A DNA stretch of 32,000 nt. Origin: Candidatus Kuenenia stuttgartensis. GTDB lineage: Bacteria; Planctomycetota; Brocadiia; Brocadiales; Brocadiaceae. Each line of letters opens with the position of its first letter. Position 1 is the first letter of the stretch. The stretch is from NCBI RefSeq assembly GCF_900232105.1, contig NZ_LT934425.1, forward strand, positions 3,990,001 to 4,022,000, read 5' to 3'. A model generated the notes under the pieces. It did not search any database. It was not told the DNA's origin and was given only the letters and a program-made list of their open reading frames with translations. This document shows, piece after piece, positions 7,867-16,611 of this stretch. A program made the translations under genes and the position numbers.

Positions 7867-9372
7867 TCAAAAGACGTTTAGCCTTTTCTCCAGTCTTCTG
7901 GAGTAAAGAGAAAGCGGATAACTCATCCCAAAGTACAACAAAGCGGTAATAATCCCCAGTTGAAAGAATTTCATAGAAGATGCCGCAAGTATGCTATAAC
8001 TTTTAGTAAGCTCTACTAACGCAATTACCGAAACCAAAGAAGAATCTTTAAATAACGATATAAAATCGTTCGTAATCGGAGGCAATGTAATCCTCAATGC
8101 TTGAGGGAAAATAATCTTTTCAAATGTTAACCGCCCCGACATGCCCAATGAAAAGGCCGCCTCTGTTTGGCCTTTCGGGATTGCCTGTATGCCCGCTCGG
8201 TAAACTTCCGCTTCATACGCCGCATAATTCATCCCCAGCCCTAAAATGGCTGCGGCGAATGCCGACATGGTGATACCGATGTTGGGAAGCCCGTAATATA
8301 AAATGTAGAGTTGTATCAGGAGGGGTGTTCCGCGATATACTTCTATATATACGGTAGAAATTTTTTTAATCCATGTATTGCCGTACAAACGCATGACTGC
8401 CAATACAATTCCTAATGAAACGGCAAGCATCATAGATAAAACCGAAATGCCAATGGTAACTAACGCCCCTTTTAATAACGTTGGTACGAAGGTAGTTACT
8501 ATTAAAGGAATTCGCTCTTCAGGTGATGGCGGATTTTCAGCATATTTTTGCAATAATCCCTCATGCAAATAAAGTTTTTCCTGCGCCGCATTCCAGAGTC
8601 CCCATTTCCGGCATATTTTTTTTATTTCACCCGTCCTTAAAAGTTTTTCAATGACACGGTTTAGTTCTTCCACTAACGCAGCATCTTCTTTCCGTAAGGC
8701 AATGCCATAATATCCCTCCCCTACCGGTCCCCCTACCAATCTCAATTGGGGATTTGGCTTGGCGTAATAGGAAGCAACAGGTAAGTCCACAAAAACGGCA
8801 TCCAGGCGGTTATCCAGTAAATCCTTAAATGGTTCTACCTGTCCGCTGTATATCTTTATGGTCACGTCCCCCATTTTTTCAAGCATTTGTTTTGCAACGG
8901 TATTGTACAGTGTTCCTACCCGTTTACCGTGAAGATCTTCAAATGTATTGATTTTGAAGTCAGAGGCACGGACAACAATTTGTTCGCTAAAGACAAAATA
9001 TGGACGTGAGAATAGCACGGAGTGCTGTCGTTCGGGTGTAATTTCGATACCATTCAATGCAATATCGAAATCGCCGCGTTGGAGAGACATGAGGATGCTA
9101 TCCCATTCATTCTGAAAGTAATTTAGTTTTATCCCAAGTTCTTTTGCAATTGCTTCTGCAATTTCTACTTCAAAGCCGATATATTTTTTCGGATGCCTTT
9201 GATCTGGAAATACATAAGGAGCCCCCCCATCCGCATCAAAACCCCATGTTAATACGCCGGTCTGTCTGATCTTTTCCAGCGTATCCTGTCCGGCGCAAAC
9301 AGTATTGTACGGATGGAGTATTGCCAGAAGTAGAATTGATATAACCGAAAGTGTGAAAAAGTGTCGTTTCAT
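7867..9372 (-). CDS. fused periplasmic amino-acid-binding protein / ABC permease
   Basis: 501 aa. It has a signal peptide, an SBP family-3-like N-terminal half (GFEVEIAEAIAKELG, DIALNGIEITPER), and a C-terminal multi-TM permease with an EAA-type loop (EAAFSLGMSGRLTFEKIIFPQALRITLPP). Confidence 0.9.
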   Translation of the reverse strand: MKRHFFTLSVISILLLAILHPYNTVCAGQDTLEKIRQTGVLTWGFDADGGAPYVFPDQRHPKKYIGFEVEIAEAIAKELGIKLNYFQNEWDSILMSLQRGDFDIALNGIEITPERQHSVLFSRPYFVFSEQIVVRASDFKINTFEDLHGKRVGTLYNTVAKQMLEKMGDVTIKIYSGQVEPFKDLLDNRLDAVFVDLPVASYYAKPNPQLRLVGGPVGEGYYGIALRKEDAALVEELNRVIEKLLRTGEIKKICRKWGLWNAAQEKLYLHEGLLQKYAENPPSPEERIPLIVTTFVPTLLKGALVTIGISVLSMMLAVSLGIVLAVMRLYGNTWIKKISTVYIEVYRGTPLLIQLYILYYGLPNIGITMSAFAAAILGLGMNYAAYEAEVYRAGIQAIPKGQTEAAFSLGMSGRLTFEKIIFPQALRITLPPITNDFISLFKDSSLVSVIALVELTKSYSILAASSMKFFQLGIITALLYFGMSYPLSLYSRRLEKRLNVF

Positions 9373-9378
9373 AAATTT

Positions 9379-9945
9379 TTATATATTTTTTCCTATAGAA
9401 AATGCCTTGCCAAGGCAGCTTCCAATGCCGTAATATGCACGTGTTTCAGGGGCATATATCATAGGCCGGATCTTTTCAATATCAGGCACGCCGTCATTGT
9501 TTAAGGCTGATTCTTCCGCCTTAACATCCATAATCTCGCCGATAAATTGCGTGTGCAATCCTATTTCGAAGGTGTGAAGCAGTTTACACTCCAGAATAAC
9601 CGGAAATTCATTTATATACGGTGCGTCAACAAACTCTCCCTTGATGGGAGTAAGTCCGGCAGCAGAAAATTTATCCACATCCTTACCGGTAACAACGCCA
9701 AAATAGTCTGCCTGCTTTGCATATTTTTCAGACGGAATATTAATCGTATACGCCTGCCTTTCAACAATACAATTATACGAATATGTCGCTTTTCTCAGTG
9801 AGATGGCAACGCATGGCGGACTCGAACAGCATATGCCGCCCCATGCTACGTTCATTGCGTTTGGTTTGCCTTCTTTATCATAGGAACAAACAATAAATAC
9901 GGGGGTTGGGTATGCAATAGCTTTTGCGCCTAAGGATTTTTTCAT
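9379..9945 (-). CDS. flavin reductase-like FMN-binding domain protein
   Basis: 188 aa. [25 protein letters not shown]...[10 protein letters not shown]...YTINIPSE is typical of the Flavin_Reduct family. It lies 6 nt upstream of the transporter gene. Confidence 0.8.
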   Translation of the reverse strand: MKKSLGAKAIAYPTPVFIVCSYDKEGKPNAMNVAWGGICCSSPPCVAISLRKATYSYNCIVERQAYTINIPSEKYAKQADYFGVVTGKDVDKFSAAGLTPIKGEFVDAPYINEFPVILECKLLHTFEIGLHTQFIGEIMDVKAEESALNNDGVPDIEKIRPMIYAPETRAYYGIGSCLGKAFSIGKNI

Positions 9946-10025
9946 TATTACACCTTTCTATAATAACAAATAACAACCGAAGTATTTTTTCCAAAAAATC
10001 AAATTGTCACTATTTTTGTCGTAGT

Positions 10026-10098
10026 GTAGGGGCAAAGCACTTGCTGTGAATTGTCATAAATGCGTTCACACCCAAACGGGCAAATGCTTCTCCCCTAC
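10026..10098. repeat. REP-like palindromic element (copy 2), immediately downstream of manC
   Basis: GTAGGGGCAAAGCACTTGC...GCAAATGCTTCTCCCCTAC, in the same orientation relative to the minus-strand genes as copy 1. Confidence 0.8.
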
Positions 10099-10104
10099 TT
10101 TTTT

Positions 10105-11541
10105 TTATTTGTAGGTTGTATACCGGACGATATCATCTTCACCTACATAACTCCCAATCTGCACTTCTATAACTTTTGCAATTTTGTCCGTGGGATTGTG
10201 TATCCTATGTTTGGCATTCTGAGGAACAAAGACGCTTTCATTTTTCTGTATTTGCTTTTTTGTATTGCCTATATATATATCAATTTTCCCCTCAACAACA
10301 TTCCAATGTTCGCTCCTGTATTTATGTTTTTGCAATGAAAGAGTTTTTTGGGGATACACACCGATTTCTTTTACCTTGTAATTGTCTTGCTCATGCAACA
10401 CCGTATAGTACCCCCACGGCCTGTACACTGTGCTGCCGGTCTTTGTGTGTTGTAGTCCTTTTTTATTTATCGCCGATACGAGTTCTTTTACATTATCCGA
10501 ACAACCCCTTTTAACGATCAATAAAGAATCCGCAGCATCAATCGCCATTACATCATTCACACCTAAAAAACAAACAAGCCTGTTGTCCGAATACGCAAAG
10601 CAATTCTTTGAATCAAAAAATTCAGCATCTCCAATGGTAAAATTTCCCTTTCCATTGGTATAAAACTGTAAATAACTATCCCAGCTTCCCAAATCCGACC
10701 ATTTAAGATTAAATTTGATCAATGCCGCATTTTTTGTTTTTTGCATAATCCCGTAATCAATAGAATCTGCCACTATGTTTTCAAAATTCCTGCAAAATTC
10801 ATCATACGTATATTGATAATATTTGTAGCTTGACGGTGAACATGCTGCGAGTTCTCCCAGGAATGTTTTTTTATTAAAACAAAATATCCCGGAATTCCAC
10901 AACCCCCCTTTTTTTATAAGTAATTTGGCTTTTTGAATCGAAGGCTTTTCTACAAATGTATCCACCAAATACCCTGCACCGAACTTTCTTTTCAGGAGAA
11001 TATATCCGTATCCTTCCTTGGGGAATGTCGGTTTCACCCCAAATACAATAATTTTATCCTGTTCTGTGAGTGTTTCCGCCTGCCGTATGCATTTTTCAAA
11101 ATCGTTCACCGGTTCAATTATATGATCGGACGGCAATACACATATGAGTTCGTTCTCATTTAAAATAGTTCTACTCTCAATATATTTTAACGAGAGCATT
11201 ATGGCTGGGAGGGTGTTTTTGGGAACAGGTTCTAAAATAATATTTTCCTTTAACAAATTCTTGATTGCATTTTTTACTCCAGGCAATAATTGAATCTGAT
11301 TCAAAACGGTAAACTTATAACTTTCATGAGAAACGATAAAAATGTCTTTTGGGGAAAAACATGGCAAAAGCCTTTCTATCGTTAACTGAAACAAAGACAA
11401 TCCATCCTTAAATTCAACAAATTGTTTCGGGTGGTCTTCTCTGGATAAGGGCCATAGTCTGGTTCCTTTTCCCCCAGCCAGAATGATTGCCTTTCCGTTT
11501 ATTTTATCTGTGACAATAACAGTCTTTGTTTTTTTGTTCAT
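10105..11541 (-). CDS. manC: mannose-1-phosphate guanylyltransferase / mannose-6-phosphate isomerase (bifunctional type)
   Basis: 478 aa. N-terminal nucleotidyltransferase motif LAGGKGTRLWPLSR and a C-terminal cupin (HKYRSEHWNVVEGK...HRIHNP). Confidence 0.9.
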   Translation of the reverse strand: MNKKTKTVIVTDKINGKAIILAGGKGTRLWPLSREDHPKQFVEFKDGLSLFQLTIERLLPCFSPKDIFIVSHESYKFTVLNQIQLLPGVKNAIKNLLKENIILEPVPKNTLPAIMLSLKYIESRTILNENELICVLPSDHIIEPVNDFEKCIRQAETLTEQDKIIVFGVKPTFPKEGYGYILLKRKFGAGYLVDTFVEKPSIQKAKLLIKKGGLWNSGIFCFNKKTFLGELAACSPSSYKYYQYTYDEFCRNFENIVADSIDYGIMQKTKNAALIKFNLKWSDLGSWDSYLQFYTNGKGNFTIGDAEFFDSKNCFAYSDNRLVCFLGVNDVMAIDAADSLLIVKRGCSDNVKELVSAINKKGLQHTKTGSTVYRPWGYYTVLHEQDNYKVKEIGVYPQKTLSLQKHKYRSEHWNVVEGKIDIYIGNTKKQIQKNESVFVPQNAKHRIHNPTDKIAKVIEVQIGSYVGEDDIVRYTTYK

Positions 11542-11577
11542 CTTATCGTTATTTCTAAAAAAATCCTGACTACTGTA

Positions 11578-13275
11578 TTATTTATATTTTACCATAGGTA
11601 AGTTGGCATATACTCTTAATACGGCATCTGCGAGTTTGTCCGGATCATGGCGAAGCAGATCCTGTTTTTCCCAGAGGATACGTTTTTTATCAAAATCTTC
11701 TACCAAATCCGCTTTTTTTATATTTATGTTTAATCCGTGCACACCATTGTCAAATTCCGCCAATTCAGCCCCTTCTTTTTTGTACCGGTCAAGAATCTCT
11801 TTTTTGGGAATTTTGTCATTAACAATCACATAATCAACCATGCCATCAACAAGATATTTATTAATTGCCTGAATATGATCCGATACTTTATATTTATCCG
11901 TTTGCCCTGGTTGTGTAACGATATTACAGACATAAATTTTTACTGCATTGCTGTTACAAATAGCGGTGCGTATTCCGGTCACCAGCAAATTTGTTATAAG
12001 GCTTGTGTACAAACTGCCTGGGCCGATAACAATAATGTCCGCGTTGAGAATTTCTTCCACGGCTTCCGGCAATGGTTCGACATTTTCATTTTTTAAAAAC
12101 ACCCTTTTAATAGGAGACTTTCCCACGGCACGGACATTAAACTCTTCTTCTACATAAGCCCCATCTTCCAATTCTGCGCATATGTGTGTATCATTAAGCG
12201 TTGATGGTAGCACTTTTCCCCTAATATTTAAAATCTTGCTGGCCTTTTTTATCGCCAGGTCGAAGCTGCCGGTAAGGTCAGTTAAAGCGGCCATTAATAA
12301 ATTTCCCAGACTCATGCCATTTAACGAACCCTTGTTGAATCTGTATTGAAAAAGCTGGTATAATTCCTGTTCCTGTTCTTCAGTTTCCGACAAAGCTATG
12401 AGGCAATTTCTTGCGTCGCCCGGGGGGAGAATTCCAAACTCTTCCCTTAAAATCCCGGAGCTTCTTCCTGAATCAGTAACGGTAACCATCGCCGAGAGGT
12501 GTTTGCTGTACGTCTTAGCGCCTTCAAGCATAATCGGCAGACCGGTTCCGCCGCCAATTGCGACAATCTTGAGATTATCAGGGGTCTTACCGCTATTGTA
12601 AAGTTGAAGAATCGTAGGAATCTGAAAGATGCGTTTTATTTTATAGTCCGGTTTATCGCATTCGTGTATTGGTTGTTCCAGTTTAAATCTTCCATGTAAC
12701 ATCTGTATCGTAATCAATCCGAGGGACTTTGCAGCCCTTAATTCATTCCGCGTCCTGTCGCCCACCATAACCGCTTCGTTTGGATTTAAATTATGTCTTT
12801 TGAGACAATCAAGTATGCAGTCTTCCATAAGCATACCAATTTCCTGGTCATTAATGATAATTTCACTAAAACACGATTTCAAACCAAGTATTTTGACCTT
12901 GTTTTCCTGCCTTTCATGCACCCCCACGGTAAGTAAAAACAGTTTGAATCCTCTTTTCTTTAAATCTCTGAGGGTGGGTATTACATCGGAAAAGGGGACG
13001 ATCCCGGAAAGCTCGCTGCTATTGTATGCACGATACGCAATATTGATAAATTTTTTGTTTGCGCGAAATTTTTTTACAATTTCGTTAAACACGGGATGGT
13101 AAGGGCCATGCCTGGCGATAAGTTCCTTTTGTAATTGATATGCGTTCTCTTCCGTAGTGGGAAGTCCTGCCTCAACCATTGCTTTTGCTGCCCGTCTCCT
13201 GGAAGCGTCAATCAACAGATTTGTACAGTCGTACAAAGTATCGTCTAAATCAAAAAATATCGCCTTTATTTTCAT
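11578..13275 (-). CDS. fusion protein: N-terminal HAD-superfamily hydrolase + C-terminal YvcK/UPF0052 (CofD-like) domain
   Basis: 565 aa. HAD motifs are FFDLDDTLYD and VMVGDRTRNEL. From about residue 235, IVAIGGGTGLP...VTVTDSGRSSGILR...PPGDARNCLIAL...VIGPGSLYTSLITNLLV aligns by eye along the whole length of B. subtilis YvcK. Confidence 0.85.
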   Translation of the reverse strand: MKIKAIFFDLDDTLYDCTNLLIDASRRRAAKAMVEAGLPTTEENAYQLQKELIARHGPYHPVFNEIVKKFRANKKFINIAYRAYNSSELSGIVPFSDVIPTLRDLKKRGFKLFLLTVGVHERQENKVKILGLKSCFSEIIINDQEIGMLMEDCILDCLKRHNLNPNEAVMVGDRTRNELRAAKSLGLITIQMLHGRFKLEQPIHECDKPDYKIKRIFQIPTILQLYNSGKTPDNLKIVAIGGGTGLPIMLEGAKTYSKHLSAMVTVTDSGRSSGILREEFGILPPGDARNCLIALSETEEQEQELYQLFQYRFNKGSLNGMSLGNLLMAALTDLTGSFDLAIKKASKILNIRGKVLPSTLNDTHICAELEDGAYVEEEFNVRAVGKSPIKRVFLKNENVEPLPEAVEEILNADIIVIGPGSLYTSLITNLLVTGIRTAICNSNAVKIYVCNIVTQPGQTDKYKVSDHIQAINKYLVDGMVDYVIVNDKIPKKEILDRYKKEGAELAEFDNGVHGLNINIKKADLVEDFDKKRILWEKQDLLRHDPDKLADAVLRVYANLPMVKYK

Positions 13276-13400
13276 ACAATATCCTTCCTCATGAATATCT
13301 ATTATAACGAAGTGTTCCTGTTATTTATAGTACTTAGTTTTTAATAAAAGAGTTACATCAGGTGCCTTTGGCAGCACTATATTCTGTTATTGATGTTAAT

Positions 13401-13427
13401 GTAGAGACGCATCGCATGCGTCTCTAC
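13401..13427. repeat. perfect 11-bp-stem hairpin (GTAGAGACGCA-TCGCA-TGCGTCTCTAC)
   Basis: Exact inverted repeat read directly, located between nfi and the HAD-YvcK gene. No T-run on the transcribed (minus) strand, so it is not a canonical terminator. Confidence 0.7.
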
Positions 13428-13443
13428 AAAAATATTGAATTTC

Positions 13444-14154
13444 CTATGTAATTGAAGAGATTCTTTGAGTTTTTTTTATGTTTTGAACGCGTAGTTTATT
13501 TACCAACAAATGTGCTTGCCGAACCGGTTCAGTAATGCGATACCCCCTGCATACCTTTAAAACAAACTGCGTTGCAAAAGAAAGGCTTGTCTTGTGCCCG
13601 ACAGAAACAAAAATAGGATTTGTATTTAATTTTGTTCTCAATGCGACTCCTACCATTTTATCTTTATAAATGAGGTTGGAGTATGCGCCTACTGCATTTT
13701 CAACAGCAGAATACTCACCTACCAGACAGCTTTTTGCGCAACCAATGGCCGGTTTGTCTAAGATAAGGCCTAAATGCGATGCAAGACCTAAAAACCGGGG
13801 ATGCGCTATTCCTTGTCCATCAAAAAGAATTATATCTGGTGCTGTTTTTAATTTCTTAAATGATTTAAGAAGTACGGGTGCTTCTCTAAATGACAAAAGG
13901 CCGGGTATATATGGAAACATGGCCTTTTCAATAGCAGTTGCTTCTTCAATCTTTTCAAGATTTTTATTACACCTAAAGACAATTACTGCAGCAAATACAA
14001 GATCGCTATATTTATCGTATGAAACATCGGCGCCCGCTACCGTGCATATTTTACCGTGATCTTTTTTTAAAATTAATGCATTGCTCAATTCTCTCTGGAT
14101 TTGAACAGCTTTCGCATAATTTTTCGTCCACGGATGTATTTTTCTTATATGCAT
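13444..14154 (-). CDS. nfi: endonuclease V (deoxyinosine 3' endonuclease)
   Basis: AGADVSY, FPYIPGLLSFREAP, DGQGIAHPRFLGLASHLG and PAIGCAKS match E. coli Nfi blocks. ATG 14154 is preferred to the TTG at 14223 used by the ORF track. Confidence 0.85.
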   Translation of the reverse strand: MHIRKIHPWTKNYAKAVQIQRELSNALILKKDHGKICTVAGADVSYDKYSDLVFAAVIVFRCNKNLEKIEEATAIEKAMFPYIPGLLSFREAPVLLKSFKKLKTAPDIILFDGQGIAHPRFLGLASHLGLILDKPAIGCAKSCLVGEYSAVENAVGAYSNLIYKDKMVGVALRTKLNTNPIFVSVGHKTSLSFATQFVLKVCRGYRITEPVRQAHLLVNKLRVQNIKKTQRISSIT

Positions 14155-15002
14155 TAAAAAGCTGGATTTTGATCGCCACCGAAGTGCGGAGTTAAAGGAT
14201 GTGAAATTTGTTCCCGACGCCAATCGGGAATTTGTGTCGTACTCATAAAAGTTGAAGCTTTTTTCAAAAAACTACCGTACTACAAAACATTGGTATCAAT
14301 TACAATTCTCATAATGCGGTATTATATACAACAACATAAGTTTTGCAAGAATTTTAAGACATAACTGCTCGAATTCAGAGGTGGATGTGGGGCGTGATGA
14401 ATGCTAATGAATATAAGAAGGGCGAACAAATCGTTCCGGCGGACAGTAAACAACCTCCGGGCGGGATGGCTTCGGACAATAGAGGCGTTTTCAGGTGAAA
14501 AGCCTAAGGTAAAACAACTGGCATTGTTTTCGGATTACCGTGACGAATTGTCCATAATAACCTGAGAGACCCTCCAGATACGGCTAGACAAAATGAATTG
14601 TGCCGTACAAGTGAATGGAGCGCGTACTGGTTGGGATTGTATTTGTGGGATTCCTGGAGCCGGACACATTTTGGAAACAGCGTTTGCCATCAAGTCGTAA
14701 TGGGACAAGCAGACTGAATATTCTGCTTTGTCTAAGTAACGTCTGGCAGTGTATTGCGCAAAAAGAAATATCCCACAGTACCAGAAAACAACGACCCTGC
14801 TATTATACCAAGGAGTTCATCGAACATCCGGCTGCGGATTTTTTCCCGCAAAGATTTGTAGCCGGTTTAAACAAAATCATTCAAGGCTCCTTTAATTATC
14901 AATAAAAAATTATCTGCGCAGTTGTATAAAGGCGACCGTCTGTTTATTCAAAAGGAAGCACCCTTCCCCCCTTATAGCAAAAGTAGAGAGGGGGCGGAGG
15001 GT

Positions 15003-16386
15003 CATAAGCGCTAACTTGTTTTATTGACAAATTTTATTCATCATGGTATTTTTATGTTAATTATCCCGCTAATCACTCTATAGGAGGATAAAGCCATGAT
15101 GAGAGAAGATTGGGATCTTCTAAGAACTTTCTTCCCAAACGATTGGAAAAGTTTAGCCGTTGATACAAATGCTTTAAAAGGCTTGCGCAAGGATAAATCT
15201 GAAGAAAAGCTTCTTCGAACATTATTAATTCATTTAGGATGTGGCTATTCATTGCGTGAAACAGTAGTTCGAGCCAAGCGTGCTAACTTAGCAGATTTAT
15301 CCGATGTTGCCTTATTAAAGCGATTAAAAAAGAGCAAAGAATGGCTATATAAATTATGTTTATCTTTATTCCGTGAGCGTGGCCTCCAAATTAATAAACG
15401 GAATAATTTTCATCTTCGCTTATTTGATGCAACAACAGTAAAGGAACCTGGGAAAACAGGAAGTCTTTGGCGCATTCATTATAGTATTGAGGTTCCTTCA
15501 TTATCTTGCGATTTCTTTAAACTTACGGGAACTGAAGGAGAAGGCACAGGAGAATCTTTTCGGCAGTTTCCGATGAAAAAAGATGATTATATTATAGCTG
15601 ACAGAGGTTACTGTACTGGCCAAGGAATTCATCATGCAACAAGGAAAGGCGCTTATCTTAGCGTTAGAGTTAATTCGCAATCTCTACGGATATTCGGCGA
15701 AGAAAAGAAACCCTTTCCTTTATTGAAAGAAATCCAATATTTAAAAAGACCCCTTGCTATAAAATCATGGAACGTTTTTATTCCAAACGTTGATAATACT
15801 GAATATGTCAAAGGTCGTCTTTGTATAATACGCAAAACAGAAGAAGCCATTAAAATAGCTCATAAAAAACTTAAAAGACATGCAAGCAAAAAGGGCATTG
15901 AACTAAAACCGGAGACCCTTATTTATGCCAAGTACGTAATAGTATTCACAACGTTTCCTGAAAATCAATTTACCGCTTTTGATATCTTAGAATGGTATCG
16001 AGTTCGATGGCAAATTGAACTGGTCTTTAAAAGATTTAAACAAATAGCACAATTTGGACACTTACCTAAATACGATGATGATAGCTCAAAAGCTTGGCTT
16101 TATGGCAAACTATTCGTTGCTCTTTTGACAGAAAAACTAATAGATTTTGCTACGTCTTTTTCCCCCTGGGGATACTTCATTGTCAAGCAAGAAGACTAAA
16201 AGCAAATGGCGTGAATTTGCTTTTATGCTTAATCAAGTAAAACGGGCTATAGAACCAGCGTTATCATTACAGGAAGTTCTTAAGTGCTGGAATGACATTG
16301 CTTGTTCTTTAGCAGAAAATACAAGAATCCGAAAAACACAGATATCAAAATACTTCGAGCATACCTAAAACAAGTTAGCGCTTATG
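15003..16386 (+). mobile_element. IS4-family insertion sequence (1384 bp) with 21-bp perfect IRs and 11-bp target duplication
   Basis: IR-L is CATAAGCGCTAACTTGTTTTA (15003-15023) and IR-R is its exact complement (16366-16386). The direct repeat GGGCGGAGGGT lies at 14992-15002 and 16387-16397. Confidence 0.9.
15096..16368 (+). pseudogene. IS4-family DDE transposase with split reading frame (15096-16199 and 16147-16368)
   Basis: The IS4 signature Y-x2-R-x3-E-x6-K is present (YRVRWQIELVFKRFK). The frame changes in or near TTTTTCCCCCTGGGG (about 16160-16175). The second frame ends at a TAA inside IR-R, as expected for the genuine C-terminus. Confidence 0.8.
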
Positions 16387-16611
16387 GGGCGGAGGGTACT
16401 ACTTAAAACATTTGCATACTCAAGAGACTCACGATGTTTGATTTATAGACAATGTCATACAGGTTCAACACGAACACGGCCCTTCGGGGTTAGAAATAAA
16501 GATAAAGTGAAACTTTCACTCTTGCTTTCTATTTATCCCCAAAAGGCCGTACCTCCCTGGTATCAATTTAAAATTCACATTTAATGGGCACCCTGTTTTG
16601 CAATATAATTG

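Noticed and set aside
14155-14223. Upstream TTG start for nfi (track ORF 13444..14223)
   Set aside because: It is a rare start codon without an SD. The extension (ASGTNFTSFNSALRWRSKSSFL) has no counterpart in endonuclease V, and ATG 14154 gives a protein of normal length.
14430-14640. Local resemblance to bacterial RNase P RNA segments (CAGTAAACAACCTCCGGGC...ACAATAGAGG vs GGTAAACTCCACCCGGAGC...AAATAGGGG; TAGACAAAATGAAT vs TAGATGAATG)
   Set aside because: The universally conserved GAGGAAAGTCC and ACAGAACCCGGCTTA blocks are absent on both strands and the order of the similar pieces is wrong, so this is not RNase P RNA.
14615-14905. 96-aa plus-strand ORF in the nfi-IS4 gap
   Set aside because: No SD, an implausible sequence, and it runs against a strong minus-strand start signal at 14880. 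Treated as non-coding; see the finding on this region.
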